Positions 50,480-62,300 of a DNA stretch of 64,000 nucleotides are shown here, in pieces. The notes below the pieces were generated by a model. The model made no database searches. It saw nothing but the letters and a program-made list of their open reading frames with translations, and had not been told where the DNA came from. A program made the translations under genes and the position numbers. The number at the start of each line of letters is the position of its first letter. Position 1 is the first letter of the stretch. Origin of the DNA: a virus (taxonomy: Duplodnaviria; Caudoviricetes); the IMG/VR virus record IMGVR_UViG_3300044630_004720. One strand, written 5' to 3'.

Positions 50480-51004
50480 ATGCAGAACAATTGGTATTTG
50501 GTAAAAGTTTTACCGGGAAAAGAAAGACAACTTACAGAACAATACAATAAAGAGATATCTTTGGGTAAAATCCCTAATATTTTAAGATTTGTATGTCCAC
50601 TTGAAAAAAACCTAGTTGTGGTTAAAAATAAAAAAGTAATTAGAGAAAAAGTTTTATACAGTGGATATTTGTATTTTGAAACATCACAAAAATTAAGTGA
50701 TGACGAATTGAAAACAGTTGCATCGCAACAATCGATTATGGGTATTTTGGGAGATAGAGTACCAGTACTTTTGAGAGAGTCTGATGTAATGAGAATTTTA
50801 AAAGACGAGATGTTGGAAGAACACCAACACTCAATGAAAGGTAATTTCACGACAGGTGATAACGTTAAAATTACAGAAGGTCCATTCGTTGATTTTAATG
50901 GTGTTGTATCTGCAAACAAAGGAGACAAAATAGAAGTTGAGGTTAAAATATTTGGTAGGGGTACCATTGTAACAGTATCTCCACTACATATTGAACGAAT
51001 ATGA
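50480..51004 (+). CDS. nusG: NusG-family transcription elongation factor (NGN plus KOW)
   Basis: WYLVKVLPGKE, YSGYLY and GDNVKITEGPF..FNGVV...VKIFGR. Confidence 0.9.
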   Translation: MQNNWYLVKVLPGKERQLTEQYNKEISLGKIPNILRFVCPLEKNLVVVKNKKVIREKVLYSGYLYFETSQKLSDDELKTVASQQSIMGILGDRVPVLLRESDVMRILKDEMLEEHQHSMKGNFTTGDNVKITEGPFVDFNGVVSANKGDKIEVEVKIFGRGTIVTVSPLHIERI

Positions 51005-51270
51005 AAAAATTTGAAACTGAAGTATTAGTTTATTTAAATCAAGTCAAATCATTTTTAGAAAAAAATGAACAGGCTCGAGATTACTTCATCCAAGGAGTAA
51101 GTGTTGATGAGTTCTACGAAAAAGTAAAACTATTTTCTCAAGAAAATTTAGAAAAGAATGGTCAACCCGAATTAAGTGTTGAACAATTTGAGGAAATACG
51201 AAAGCCAAAAATCAAAAAAGAACCTCAAACTTTTATTTATACAGAATTTGGTGGATATTCACTGAATTAA
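51001..51270 (+). CDS. Hypothetical protein
   Basis: 89-aa ORF with an ATGA overlap. Confidence 0.55.
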   Translation: MKKFETEVLVYLNQVKSFLEKNEQARDYFIQGVSVDEFYEKVKLFSQENLEKNGQPELSVEQFEEIRKPKIKKEPQTFIYTEFGGYSLN

Positions 51271-51306
51271 CTTTTTTTTACCCTATATTTTTCTTATATT
51301 TCTTTT

Positions 51307-52377
51307 ATGAAAAGAATTATTCCCGCAGAGTTAAAACTATTCGATAGTGTTTACTCAAACGATTTTCCAGATAATCAATATTACATTATATTATTTGGAG
51401 ATATGCCGTCAAAGCTATCAACAAGAACAACATACAATACTGAAATATTGGAACACTTAAAAAAAATAGGGTTTGAAGAATCTTTCAGGATTGAAAACAC
51501 TAAAAAAAACTATGACATAGCGGTAGAATCACTCTATATCAACAAAGAAAAAGAAATCATAATTCGTGCCGACCTTTCAACCGAAAGAAAGACACAATTA
51601 ATTTATTTGGAGTTTTATTATAACCTAAATAATGGAGAAATAAACCAACAAATTGATTTTAACACTTTCAATGATTACGTTAAGGAAAAGAAAAAATCAA
51701 ATATTCAATTAGTTAAAAGTGATATGGGTCATTTGGATACTGAAGAATATGATTTAGCAGTTCCTGATATGGATTTAGAAATAAACTATGGTGCGGAATT
51801 TAAAAAGATTCACGACATCATAATTAAACGTCTAAACAAAGACCAAGATAAGGGTATTATTTTATTACACGGAGAACCTGGTACAGGTAAAACATCATAT
51901 TTAAAATACTTAACTAAACAAGTTAAGGATAAGGATATTTTATTCATCCCACCATCAATGGCAGAAATGTTATCTGAACCTGCAATCATTCCATTCTTAA
52001 TGGAGAAGAGAAACAGTATTTTAATTATTGAGGATGCGGAACGAGTAATTTCAGATAGAGAAGGTAATGGTTCACCTGCTGGAGTTTCAAACATTTTGAA
52101 CTTAACTGACGGTATTTTGGGAGATTGTTTGAATATCCAAATCGTGGCAACATTTAATATGAAAAGGGAAAGAATCGACCAAGCTTTACTTAGAAAGGGT
52201 AGATTAATTGCTGAACATAAATTTGAAAAATTAAGTTTAGACGAAACCAATAACCTTCTTAAATTCTTAAAAAAAGACTTTGTTTCGGATAAACCTTTAA
52301 CATTAGCAGATATATATAATATAGACTCAGACGAGGTAAGAATAACAAAAGAAAAAAAACAGATAGGATTCCAATGA
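51307..52377 (+). CDS. AAA+ ATPase (BCS1-like)
   Basis: GIILLHGEPGTGKT, LIIEDAE, LNLTDG and DQALLRKGR. Confidence 0.88.
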   Translation: MKRIIPAELKLFDSVYSNDFPDNQYYIILFGDMPSKLSTRTTYNTEILEHLKKIGFEESFRIENTKKNYDIAVESLYINKEKEIIIRADLSTERKTQLIYLEFYYNLNNGEINQQIDFNTFNDYVKEKKKSNIQLVKSDMGHLDTEEYDLAVPDMDLEINYGAEFKKIHDIIIKRLNKDQDKGIILLHGEPGTGKTSYLKYLTKQVKDKDILFIPPSMAEMLSEPAIIPFLMEKRNSILIIEDAERVISDREGNGSPAGVSNILNLTDGILGDCLNIQIVATFNMKRERIDQALLRKGRLIAEHKFEKLSLDETNNLLKFLKKDFVSDKPLTLADIYNIDSDEVRITKEKKQIGFQ

Positions 52378-52688
52378 GAGAAATTACAACAAATGAATTG
52401 ACACAAAAATTAAATGAAAATAAAAAAGTATTAGTTGACTTTTTTGCAACTTGGTGTGGACCTTGTAAAACATTAGTACCCATTTTAGAATCGATTCAAG
52501 ACGATTATGATGGTGTGGAATTCGTAAAAGTAGATGTGGACCAAAATATGGACTTAGCTCTTAGTATGGGAGTTAGAGGTGTACCGACCGTAATTCTATT
52601 TAACGGAAAAGATGAGGTGTTTAGAACATCAGGAGCAAACGGTAAGGCTTTTTATAATAAAGTTATTACAGAATCATTTAATTTATAA
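52374..52688 (+). CDS. trxA: Thioredoxin
   Basis: VDFFATWCGPCK and GVPTVILF. Confidence 0.95.
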   Translation: MREITTNELTQKLNENKKVLVDFFATWCGPCKTLVPILESIQDDYDGVEFVKVDVDQNMDLALSMGVRGVPTVILFNGKDEVFRTSGANGKAFYNKVITESFNL

Positions 52689-52975
52689 TGGCAGACACAA
52701 TAATAGTTTTTACTTTAAATGGATGTGGACATTGTAGTAGTCTAAAAAAAAGATTAGGTGAAATCTCCATTCCATTTCAGGAAGTGGAAATAAATCAGAA
52801 TAGACAGATATGGGACCAAGTCGTTAGTCAAACAGGGCATAATCTTTTACCCACAGTCTTTATAAGAACCGACGGAACCGATGTCGGACCGATTTATATT
52901 CCAAGTAGAGACTACGAAACTGAAGATGAAATAGTAGAAATTTTAAAAAAACACACTGAAGAAGGGGGATTGTAA
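52688..52975 (+). CDS. Glutaredoxin/NrdH-like redoxin
   Basis: FTLNGCGHC and LPTVFI. Confidence 0.85.
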   Translation: MADTIIVFTLNGCGHCSSLKKRLGEISIPFQEVEINQNRQIWDQVVSQTGHNLLPTVFIRTDGTDVGPIYIPSRDYETEDEIVEILKKHTEEGGL

Positions 52976-52993
52976 AAAAATCCCCTTTTTTTA
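52962..52993 (+). terminator. Intrinsic terminator
   Basis: AAGGGGGATT...AATCCCCTTT followed by a T-tract. Confidence 0.8.
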
Positions 52994-53043
52994 TGCTGGT
53001 ATCTTAAATAAAAAGTATTTATGTAAAAGACTTTACTTTCTAA

Positions 53044-53826
53044 ATGGCATTACAACAAATCAACTGGTTACAAATTGACACGACTAACGTCCCATCTGGC
53101 TCACAGATAGATTTGGGTGCGATTTCAGGTGCTCTTCACGCAGTTTATGCTGAAAATTTATATGTATCAGGACAAGACATTTTAAATTTTTTATCACTTG
53201 ATGAATTAAATGCATTTACATCGTCGGTAAATGAATCGTTAGAGTTTACGGGGTCAAATTTAACAGTTAAGGGTAATTTATTAGTAAAAGGTACAACAAC
53301 GGCTGTAGAGTCCAACGTTGTATCTATAGGTGACAATATTGTCGAACTGAATGGAACCGCAGCGGCTTACGGTGGTCTCTTAATTAAAGACCCCACAGCT
53401 CCAAATACCATATCAGGCTCACTACTTTGGGACACATTGAATGACAAATGGATTGGTGGTCCTTTGGGTGATGAAGAACCGTTTATTCAAGAAACGGAGT
53501 TTACAAACTTTTCAAGTTCAGTTTCAACAACTATTGATGAAATTGGAATTTGGAGAGAGACTGGTTCATTTTATGCAACCACACACGATTTACAGGTTAC
53601 GGGTTCAGTTTTAATCAAAGGAGATTTACTTGTTGAGGGTAAAACAACCTTAGTACAGAAATTAGACCCAAATGTGGAATCTTTGGTTGTGTCAGGTGCA
53701 ATGAATATCGTGAGAAATCAAATAAACACACAAATAGTATCAGCATCACTCAAAATACAAGGTTTAGGTGAACTTGCAGATGTTAACAAATCGGCGGTAC
53801 TTGATTGTGGAGACGGGTTTTTCTAA
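53044..53826 (+). CDS. Tail-fibre-related structural protein
   Basis: Carries the V.GN..V.G...DNI..LN...GG...D...S.LWD...D.W module shared with the two downstream fibres. Confidence 0.6.
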   Translation: MALQQINWLQIDTTNVPSGSQIDLGAISGALHAVYAENLYVSGQDILNFLSLDELNAFTSSVNESLEFTGSNLTVKGNLLVKGTTTAVESNVVSIGDNIVELNGTAAAYGGLLIKDPTAPNTISGSLLWDTLNDKWIGGPLGDEEPFIQETEFTNFSSSVSTTIDEIGIWRETGSFYATTHDLQVTGSVLIKGDLLVEGKTTLVQKLDPNVESLVVSGAMNIVRNQINTQIVSASLKIQGLGELADVNKSAVLDCGDGFF

Positions 53827-53868
53827 TTAAAAATAAAGTATTTATATAAAAAGAATTAAAATTAGAAT

Positions 53869-56250
53869 ATGGCGCAAATAATCAAACACAGAAGGGGTAG
53901 TGTCACCCAATTAAAAGACGTTACCGCAAGAGTCGGTGAATTGGTGATGGCAACCGGTTCTATCTCAGATATGAACGGTCCATTCCTATTTGTTGGTGAG
54001 ACTGAAGGAGTTGCGGGGGCATATAGACCCGTTTCAAAAATCTATCAGGGTTCATCAGCACCAACAATTTCATTAGGTTCACACGGTTCAGTAATTGACG
54101 GTACTCCTTTCTATGCGACAGGAAATAAATCCTTATACGTCTTAAGTAAAGACGGTAACAATAGACTCGATTTAACAGGTAACATTGAAGGAAATTTAAT
54201 CTCTGGTGTAACAATCAACAGTTTAACAGGTAGTAGAGCCACGTTTAACACATTTGTTAGTTCATCAGCATTAAATGTGTCTGGTAATACTCAAATGGGT
54301 GGAACATTGTTTGTTGATGGAGATACATCAATAAACGCCGACCTTTATATTACTGGTAACACAATTCAAACAGGTTCTATTGATTTAACGGGAAATGTAA
54401 CTTTAGGTGGTAACATCGTCATCGGTAATCAAACAACCGACTTGGTTGTTTTCCAAGGTGAGGTTAGTTCATCTATTTTACCCGAATTAAATAATGAATT
54501 CGATTTAGGTAGTGGAACACAAGCTTGGAGAAATCTACACGTTAGTGGTACTGCATATGTAGGAATTCTACAAGCGGAGTCCATTTCACTTAGTGGAATT
54601 ACCGTTTTTGAAGACCTTATTGTAAATGGTGATACATTTTTAGGAAACGATTCAGGAGACAATGTTTATATTAGCGGTTCAACATATGTTGGAACATTAA
54701 CAGAAAAAAGATTAACTGTTGCAGGTGCCGATGGATTGTTGACAGACTATAGTGGACTAACATTTGATAATGGTAATTTAAATTTATCAGGAGCACTTGA
54801 GGTTACAAATATCCAAGGAACGGGTTCATTATATTTGAAACCTGATTTAAATGATGGTAGAGATTTTAGAATATATAATACAGCACCTTCAGATATTCAT
54901 ATTAAAGGTAATGCGGCATATAGTTTCTTTGGTGATGATACCAATTACTTAAAAATAGATGACAATGCAGGAAAAACAACAATCGTTGGGGTAAACGGTG
55001 TAATTGTTAGTTCTTCATTAGATGTAACGGGTTCCGCACAATTCTCAACAACAATTAATGTTGATGGTGAAGCAACTTTATCATCTGCAACAATTGAAGA
55101 TTTAACACAAAATAGAATCGTAACAGTTGGTTCAGGAGGTTCTTTAATTGATAGTTCAGGATTTACATATAATGGTACCGTTTTCAAAATCGGTAATGGT
55201 CAATTTGAAGTTGATACTAACAATGGTAGTGTTAGAACATCAGGTTCGTTAGATGTTCATAATGTTTTAGAAGCTCATAGTACAACAGAATTAATGGGTG
55301 CTGTGGGAATGAATTCAACATTAGATGTTACAGGTTCCGCAACCTTTAAATCAACTATTGATGTTGTTGGTACTGCTAGTATGGGTCACGCAGTTGTAGA
55401 TGACTTAGTACAAGACGGAATAGTAACCGCAGGTGCTTTAGGTGAATTACAAAATAATTCAGGTTTCACATTTAACGGTTCCATCTTTAAAGTTGGTTCA
55501 GGTAATTTTGAAGTAGATACTGATGGAGACGTTAGAACATCCGGTTCATTGACGATTGGTAATGACTTAACAATAGTAGACGCTCTTAATGTCGGTGGAG
55601 TTTTAACAGTAACAGGTCAAACATTATTACAAAGTGATTTATATGTTTCAGGTAACTTACAAGTTTTAGGAAATGCAACTAGTGTAACAATTCAATCAAC
55701 AACAGTTGAATTGGATGATAATATAATCAGATTAAATGCATATTCACCATTTGAAAGATATGCGGGATTTGAAGTTATTGATTCAGGTTCAACTGGTGTT
55801 TCAGCATCATTTCTGTGGGACGGATTGAATGATTATTGGATGTTTGTTTCAAGTTCGGGTCAGTCAAGTAAATTACTTGGTACTACCGCTGGAACATATG
55901 GTTCAGAAAATAGTTTGACCGACACATATTTCCCAATCGCAACAGGACCAAACACAATTGGTGATAGTTTATTGAGATATAGCGGAACAACATTGTCTTT
56001 TAACACAAATAAATTTACAATTGATTCTGGAACCGGTGACACATTAGTAAGTGGTAACTTTACATTAAGTTATTCAGGTGGAACGGATAATGGTACTAAA
56101 ACGTCAGCAATTATGTTTAGAAATTCGAGTAATGTTGTTGGATTTGTTTCGACAACAGAAACAACAGATGTTCTTGATGGAGTTTTAGGTTATAAAAATT
56201 CAAATGGAGCGTTAGTATTCTCAACCGTAATTGACGGAGGAACATATTAA
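53869..56250 (+). CDS. Tail fibre protein (beta-helix-like Gly/Ser/Thr repeats)
   Basis: N-terminal MAQIIKHRRG paralogous to MAQIVKLRRS, repeated LDVTGSA.F motifs, and C-terminal IDGGTY. Confidence 0.7.
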   Translation: MAQIIKHRRGSVTQLKDVTARVGELVMATGSISDMNGPFLFVGETEGVAGAYRPVSKIYQGSSAPTISLGSHGSVIDGTPFYATGNKSLYVLSKDGNNRLDLTGNIEGNLISGVTINSLTGSRATFNTFVSSSALNVSGNTQMGGTLFVDGDTSINADLYITGNTIQTGSIDLTGNVTLGGNIVIGNQTTDLVVFQGEVSSSILPELNNEFDLGSGTQAWRNLHVSGTAYVGILQAESISLSGITVFEDLIVNGDTFLGNDSGDNVYISGSTYVGTLTEKRLTVAGADGLLTDYSGLTFDNGNLNLSGALEVTNIQGTGSLYLKPDLNDGRDFRIYNTAPSDIHIKGNAAYSFFGDDTNYLKIDDNAGKTTIVGVNGVIVSSSLDVTGSAQFSTTINVDGEATLSSATIEDLTQNRIVTVGSGGSLIDSSGFTYNGTVFKIGNGQFEVDTNNGSVRTSGSLDVHNVLEAHSTTELMGAVGMNSTLDVTGSATFKSTIDVVGTASMGHAVVDDLVQDGIVTAGALGELQNNSGFTFNGSIFKVGSGNFEVDTDGDVRTSGSLTIGNDLTIVDALNVGGVLTVTGQTLLQSDLYVSGNLQVLGNATSVTIQSTTVELDDNIIRLNAYSPFERYAGFEVIDSGSTGVSASFLWDGLNDYWMFVSSSGQSSKLLGTTAGTYGSENSLTDTYFPIATGPNTIGDSLLRYSGTTLSFNTNKFTIDSGTGDTLVSGNFTLSYSGGTDNGTKTSAIMFRNSSNVVGFVSTTETTDVLDGVLGYKNSNGALVFSTVIDGGTY

Positions 56251-56270
56251 TACTAATTCAAACACAATAT

Positions 56271-56301
56271 AAAAGGGGGGACGTAAATCCTCCCTTTTTT
56301 T
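56271..56301 (+). terminator. Intrinsic terminator
   Basis: AAAAGGGGGGA-cgtaaa-TCCTCCCTTTT followed by TTT. Confidence 0.8.
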
Positions 56302-56399
56302 ATTATTCTAATTGGAACTTTTATGTATTTATAATAAGACCTAAATAGGTTATATTAAACCGTGGTATATACCACAAATACATTGAGGAAACCATATAT

Positions 56400-59300
56400 A
56401 TGGCACAGATAGTAAAACTGCGTAGAAGTAGTGTATCAGGTCAAAAACCAACGAACACTAACTTACAATTAGGAGAATTAGCTCAGAACACCACGGACGG
56501 TAAGATTTTCTTAGCGAAGTCAGGTTCGAGTGGACCTTCAATCGAGGAAATAATTGTTACAAACACATCCAACACAGGTTCGATAAATCTGTTGGGTAGT
56601 GTAACTGCGTCAAATTTCACCGGTAGTTTTATTGGTGATGGTGCTTTACTATATAATGTGCCGGTATCTGGTGTTACAAATCTAACAACAATCTCAGGTT
56701 CATTAGACTCAAGATTAGATGCTTTAGAGGCTTATAGTGGTTCACAACAAGTACCAACGGCATCATATGCGTTTAGAACCACACAGGTAGATGTGTATTG
56801 TAAAAATATGTCAGGCACCCAAATAAATAAGGGTACTGTTGTTAGAATTACAGGTGCGGTGGGTGACAATCCTTTAATTAGTGTTGCTTCTCTTTTAACT
56901 GAAGGACAGTCTGCCAATACATTAGGTATCACAACTGAAAATATTCCAAATGATGGTTTTGGTTTAGTAATAACTGAAGGTATTTTAACAGGAGTTAATA
57001 CCAATGGTATGACTGCGGGTCAATTACTATTTTTAGGTGAGAATGGAACATTTACAACATCATATCCTGTTGCTCCAAATCACGGAGTTAGACTGGGTGA
57101 AGTATTAAGAGTTCAACAACAACAAGGTTCAATTTATGTTCGTATAGATAACGGTTCGGAATTAGGTGAATCACACGACGTTCTTGATTCAACAACAAGC
57201 TCATCATATGGTGACTTATTAGTTAAAAGTGGTAGTGTGTGGGTTAATAGTAGAAGTTTAAATGGTAATTATGCCGTTACAGGTAGTTTAACAATTACAC
57301 AGAACTTAACAGTTTTAGGTTCATCTTCACTTGTATATGTTACCTCGTCACAACTTGCGGTAAGTGCATCTTTTATAAGTGTAAACGTTTTTGAACCAGC
57401 CGAAAGATTTGGTGGGTTAAAAGTTTATGATAGTGGCAGTTCAAATGCCACAGCATCTTTAGCTTGGGATAGTTTACATAATCATTGGGTATATCAAAAC
57501 TCAACTGACGACACATACTCTGGTGGTATGTTACTATCTGGACCAAGAAACACCGGTTCTTTGGGCGACGAGCCTGGTTTAATAAGTGGTAGAATTGTAA
57601 AGTCAATTGGTGGTGACCATATTGATGTGTCTATCATATCTGAAACCGGAACAACTATTACAGTTGGTGGTGATTTGGTTGCTAATTCAATAACAGGTGC
57701 TTTTGATTTTTATGGTTTGGTAAACAGACCTACTTTAGTATCAGGTTCATCACAAATTGAAATTACAGGGACAACCGGATATTCAGATTTTAGTTCTTCT
57801 ATAAAAGATAGAATAGATGTTGTCACTGGTTCAATTACTGACCTATCATCTTCTGTTAAAGATAGAATTGACATCGTTACAGGGTCAATAACAGATTTAA
57901 GTTCGTCAGTTAAGGACCGAATTGATATTGTCACCGGTTCAATTACAGATTTAAGTTCATCAGTTAAAGATAGAATTGATGTAGTTACAGGCTCAATTAC
58001 TGACCTGTCATCTTCCGTTAAAGATAGGATTGATGTTGTTACCGGTTCAATCACTGACCTATCATCTTCTGTTAAAGATAGAATAGATACTGTCACTGGT
58101 TCAATCACCGATTTAAGCTCTTCTGTTAAAGATAGAATAGATGTTGTCACCGGTTCTGTTGATTCTTTAAATTTATTTACGAGTTCATATACCACAAATT
58201 CATTCACAGGTTCATTTATTGGTGATGGTTCAGGTTTATACAATATTCCGGCAAGTGGTGTTACAGGATTACAATTAGATAAAATTATTAATGGTAATGC
58301 AAGTGCTTCAATTAATAATAGTGGATTTTATGTAAACAGAGATGTTTTTGTTGACGGTACAATTACCGCAAAAGAAATTCATATTGATTATGTAACATCT
58401 TCAGTTCTATATCAATCAGGTTCCACAAAATTTGGTGATTCAAATGACGACACACACCAATTCACAGGTTCCGTTAAAATTTCAGGTTCATTACAATCCG
58501 ATTCTATTACAGGTTCATTCACGGGTTCATTTGCCGGAAACGCTTCAGGGTTAGTAAATGTTCCTTTTCATATTTCAGGTTCCGATGTTGATGGTGGAAC
58601 ATATGATAAACAATTTTCAAAATTACAATTTGACGATAGTACAGGATTAAATGTTAGTGAATCAGTCGCAGGAACAGCATTCATATCGATTGGGTCACAC
58701 TTTAGAGATATTTTTGTTTCAGGTTCGGATATGTTAAGAGCAACTGGTTCAGATGCTTTTGAAATTATACCTGAAGGAGGTATTGAAGTTACAACTTCAA
58801 TCACCGACACCAATTCAAATGGTTATGTAAAAGAATTAAGATTAAGTACAACAACGTTATCATCATCTCTTGATACAAGAATTGATAACTTATCAAGTAG
58901 TGTAGTTTACCAATCAGAAACATCGTCAATGACGGTGTTGAGCTCATCATACGCATTAACTGCATCATTTGCATTAAACGCAGGTGGAGGAAGTGAAGGT
59001 AGAACTTATATACATACACAATCATCAGCATCAACAACTTGGACGGTTACACATAACTTAGGTGAACAATATCCGGCAATTGTGGTATTTGATTCGTCAG
59101 ATAACGTAATTGTTCCGGGTACAATAACAGCAGTAAACGATACTAGCTTCACAGTAACTTTCCCAAGTGCACAAACAGGTAAAGTGAGTGCAACTGTTGG
59201 TGGTGGATTACCATTTGTTAGTGCAAGTTTTGTTGATTATGTTTTAGCTGTTAATAATGATATTCCATATTGGAAAGGAGGTGTTATATCAGGTTCGGCT

Positions 59301-62300
59301 CAAATCATATTAACAGGAACAACGGGATATTCTACGTTTAGTTCTTCAGTTGCAACAACAACATTAAATATAAAAAATAGGGTAGATTCTATTGAAGTAA
59401 AAACAGGTAGTTATGCAACAACAGGTTCTAATTTATTTATTGGTACACAAACACTTAGTGGTTCTATATTACCATCTGTTGATAATTTATATGATTTAGG
59501 TAGTTCAACACATCAATGGAGAGATGTTTACATTTCTTCTGGGTCTCTTTATATCGATGGAACAAAAGTTATTAGTAGCACAACGCAAGAACTACAAATC
59601 ACAACTGATTCAGGTCAATCAATTAAAATATTAGAAAACGGAACAGATTCAATTATTTTACAAACCGCTGATGGTGATGTTGAATTAAAGTCTAGCGGCG
59701 ATGGTGATATATTATTAGACCCAACTAATGGTAAGATAATGTTAAAAGGTCCTGTTGAAATATTAAACGGACAAAAAATACAATCATCAGTTGGAGGTAC
59801 ACCTGTTGTTTTTGCAAACGATATTGTAGTTTCTGGTTCTATAGAATTAACGGGTACAATTGATGGAATTGATTTAACATCATTTAGTTCATCGGCTAAT
59901 ACAAGATTAACAAATTTAGAAAGTAGCGGAGGTAGTTTAAATTCATTTACGGCGTCAGCAAACACAAGATTAGGTGCGTTAGAAACACAAAGCGGTAGTA
60001 TAAATTCATTTACCGCTTCTGCAAATACGAGATTAGGGGACTTAGAAACAGAAAGCGGTAGCGTAAGATTTGATTTAAATTCTCATATCTCAAGTGCAAA
60101 CGGAAGATTAACCTCAATTGAAACATCGACAGGTTCATTAAATTCATTTAGTTCTTCGACCTCGACAAGATTATCATCAATTGAAATATCGACTGGCTCG
60201 TTAAACTCATTTACTTCCTCAACTGCCGGAAGTTTAATTGCAATTCAAACAAGTACATCGAGTTTGAATTCATTTACTTCCTCAACTGCCGAAAGTTTAA
60301 TTGCAATTCAAACAAGTACATCAAGTTTAAATAGCTTTACTGCATCAACAAATACAAGATTGGGAGCGTTAGAAACTTCTACATCGAGCCTTAATACATT
60401 TAGTTCTTCTACAAATGGTAGATTAACATCAATTGAAACATCTACAGCTTCATTAAATTCATTTACATCTTCTACTGAGGGAAGTTTAATCGCAATTCAA
60501 ACAAGCACAGCAAGTTTAAATAGTTTTAGTTCTTCTACTAATACAAGATTAGGGGCATTAGAAACAGAAAGCGGTTCTATTAGAACGGCATTCAATAGCT
60601 ACACCTCATCTAACGATAGTACAAATACAACTCAGAATAATAGATTAACGGCGTTAGAAACTTCTACATCAAGCCTTAATACATTTAGTTCATCTACTAA
60701 TACAAGATTAGGGTCGTTAGAAACAGAAAGCGGTTCTATTAGGACTGCATTTAATAGTTATACATCATCCAATGATGGAACAAATACAACTCAGAATAAT
60801 AGGCTAACGGCATTAGAAACTTCCACATCAAGTTTAAATAGTTTTAGTTCTTCTACAAATAGTAAACTAACATCTATTGAGACAAGTACAGGTAGTTTAA
60901 ACACATTTAGTTCTTCTACTAATACAAGAGTAGGAGCATTAGAAACTGAAAGTGGAAGCATTAGAACAGCATTTAATAATTATACATCATCCAATGATGG
61001 AACAAATACAACACAAAATAGTAGATTAACATCATTAGAAGGGAAGACAGGTAGTTATGCTACAACAGGTTCCAACGTGTTCATTGGTGACCAAACAATA
61101 ACAGGGTCTTTGTATATTTCACAAAACCTTATAATTGCGGGTTCATCTTCAATACAACACATCACATCTTCTCAACTTAATATTGGTGATAACATTATCA
61201 CGGTAAATGCTCAAAACCCAAGTATTAGATTTGGTGGTCTTGCGGTTATTGATAGTGGTTCTTCACCACAAGTATCCGGTTCAATTTTATTTGATTCAAC
61301 AAATGACCAATGGATATTTGTTCATCAAAATCAAAGTACCATTACCTCTTCTGTTTTATTAATGGGTCCTGAGACCTATAACAATTTAGGTGGAGAATCT
61401 TACTTAACACAAAATAGAATTCCAAAAGGAAGTGGTATTGAACATTTAAATGATAGTAATATTAGTGACACCGGAACAAAGGTTTCAATCAATTCAAATA
61501 CAGAAATCACCGGTACATTTGTTGCAACAGGAACGGCATTAGTTTCGGGTTCTGCTCAGATTTCATTCAATGGTATAACTGATAAACCAACATTAGTTTC
61601 AGGTTCGTCTCAAATTACTTTCTTAAGTATTAGTAACATACCATCAGGACTTGTTTCAGGTTCTTCACAAGTATTAAACGGAAGTGGAGTATGGTCGGGT
61701 TCAGCACAATTACCATCAGGAACCGTGTCAGGTTCTTCACAAGTATTAAACGGAAGTGGAGTATGGTCGGGTTCAGCACAATTACCTGCGGGTGTTGTGT
61801 CTGGCTCAAGTCAAGTTTTAAATGGTAGTGGAGTATGGTCAGGCTCAGCACAATTACCATCAGGTGTTGTGTCAGGTTCAAGTCAAATTACGTATTCATC
61901 TATTAGTGGTATTCCTACAGGTATTGTTTCAGGCTCATCACAAGTATCTTTCGGTGGTATTAGTGGAGTACCTTCAGGATTAGTTTCAGGTTCATCACAA
62001 GTGGCATTTGGTTCGTTAAGTGGTTTACCTTCAGGTATCATATCAGGTTCATCACAAATATCATTTGGTAGTATTAGTGGAGTACCTTCAGGTTTAGTGT
62101 CAGGTAGTTCACAAGTGGCGTTTGGTTCATTAAGTGGATTACCGTCTGGTTTAGTATCTGGTTCTTCACAAATATCATTTGGTTCAATATCGAACATTCC
62201 TTCGGGGTTGGTATCAGGTTCATCACAAATATCATTTGGTAGTATATCAGGACTACCACCAGGATTAGTGTCAGGCTCTTCACAAATTTCAATCGCATCG

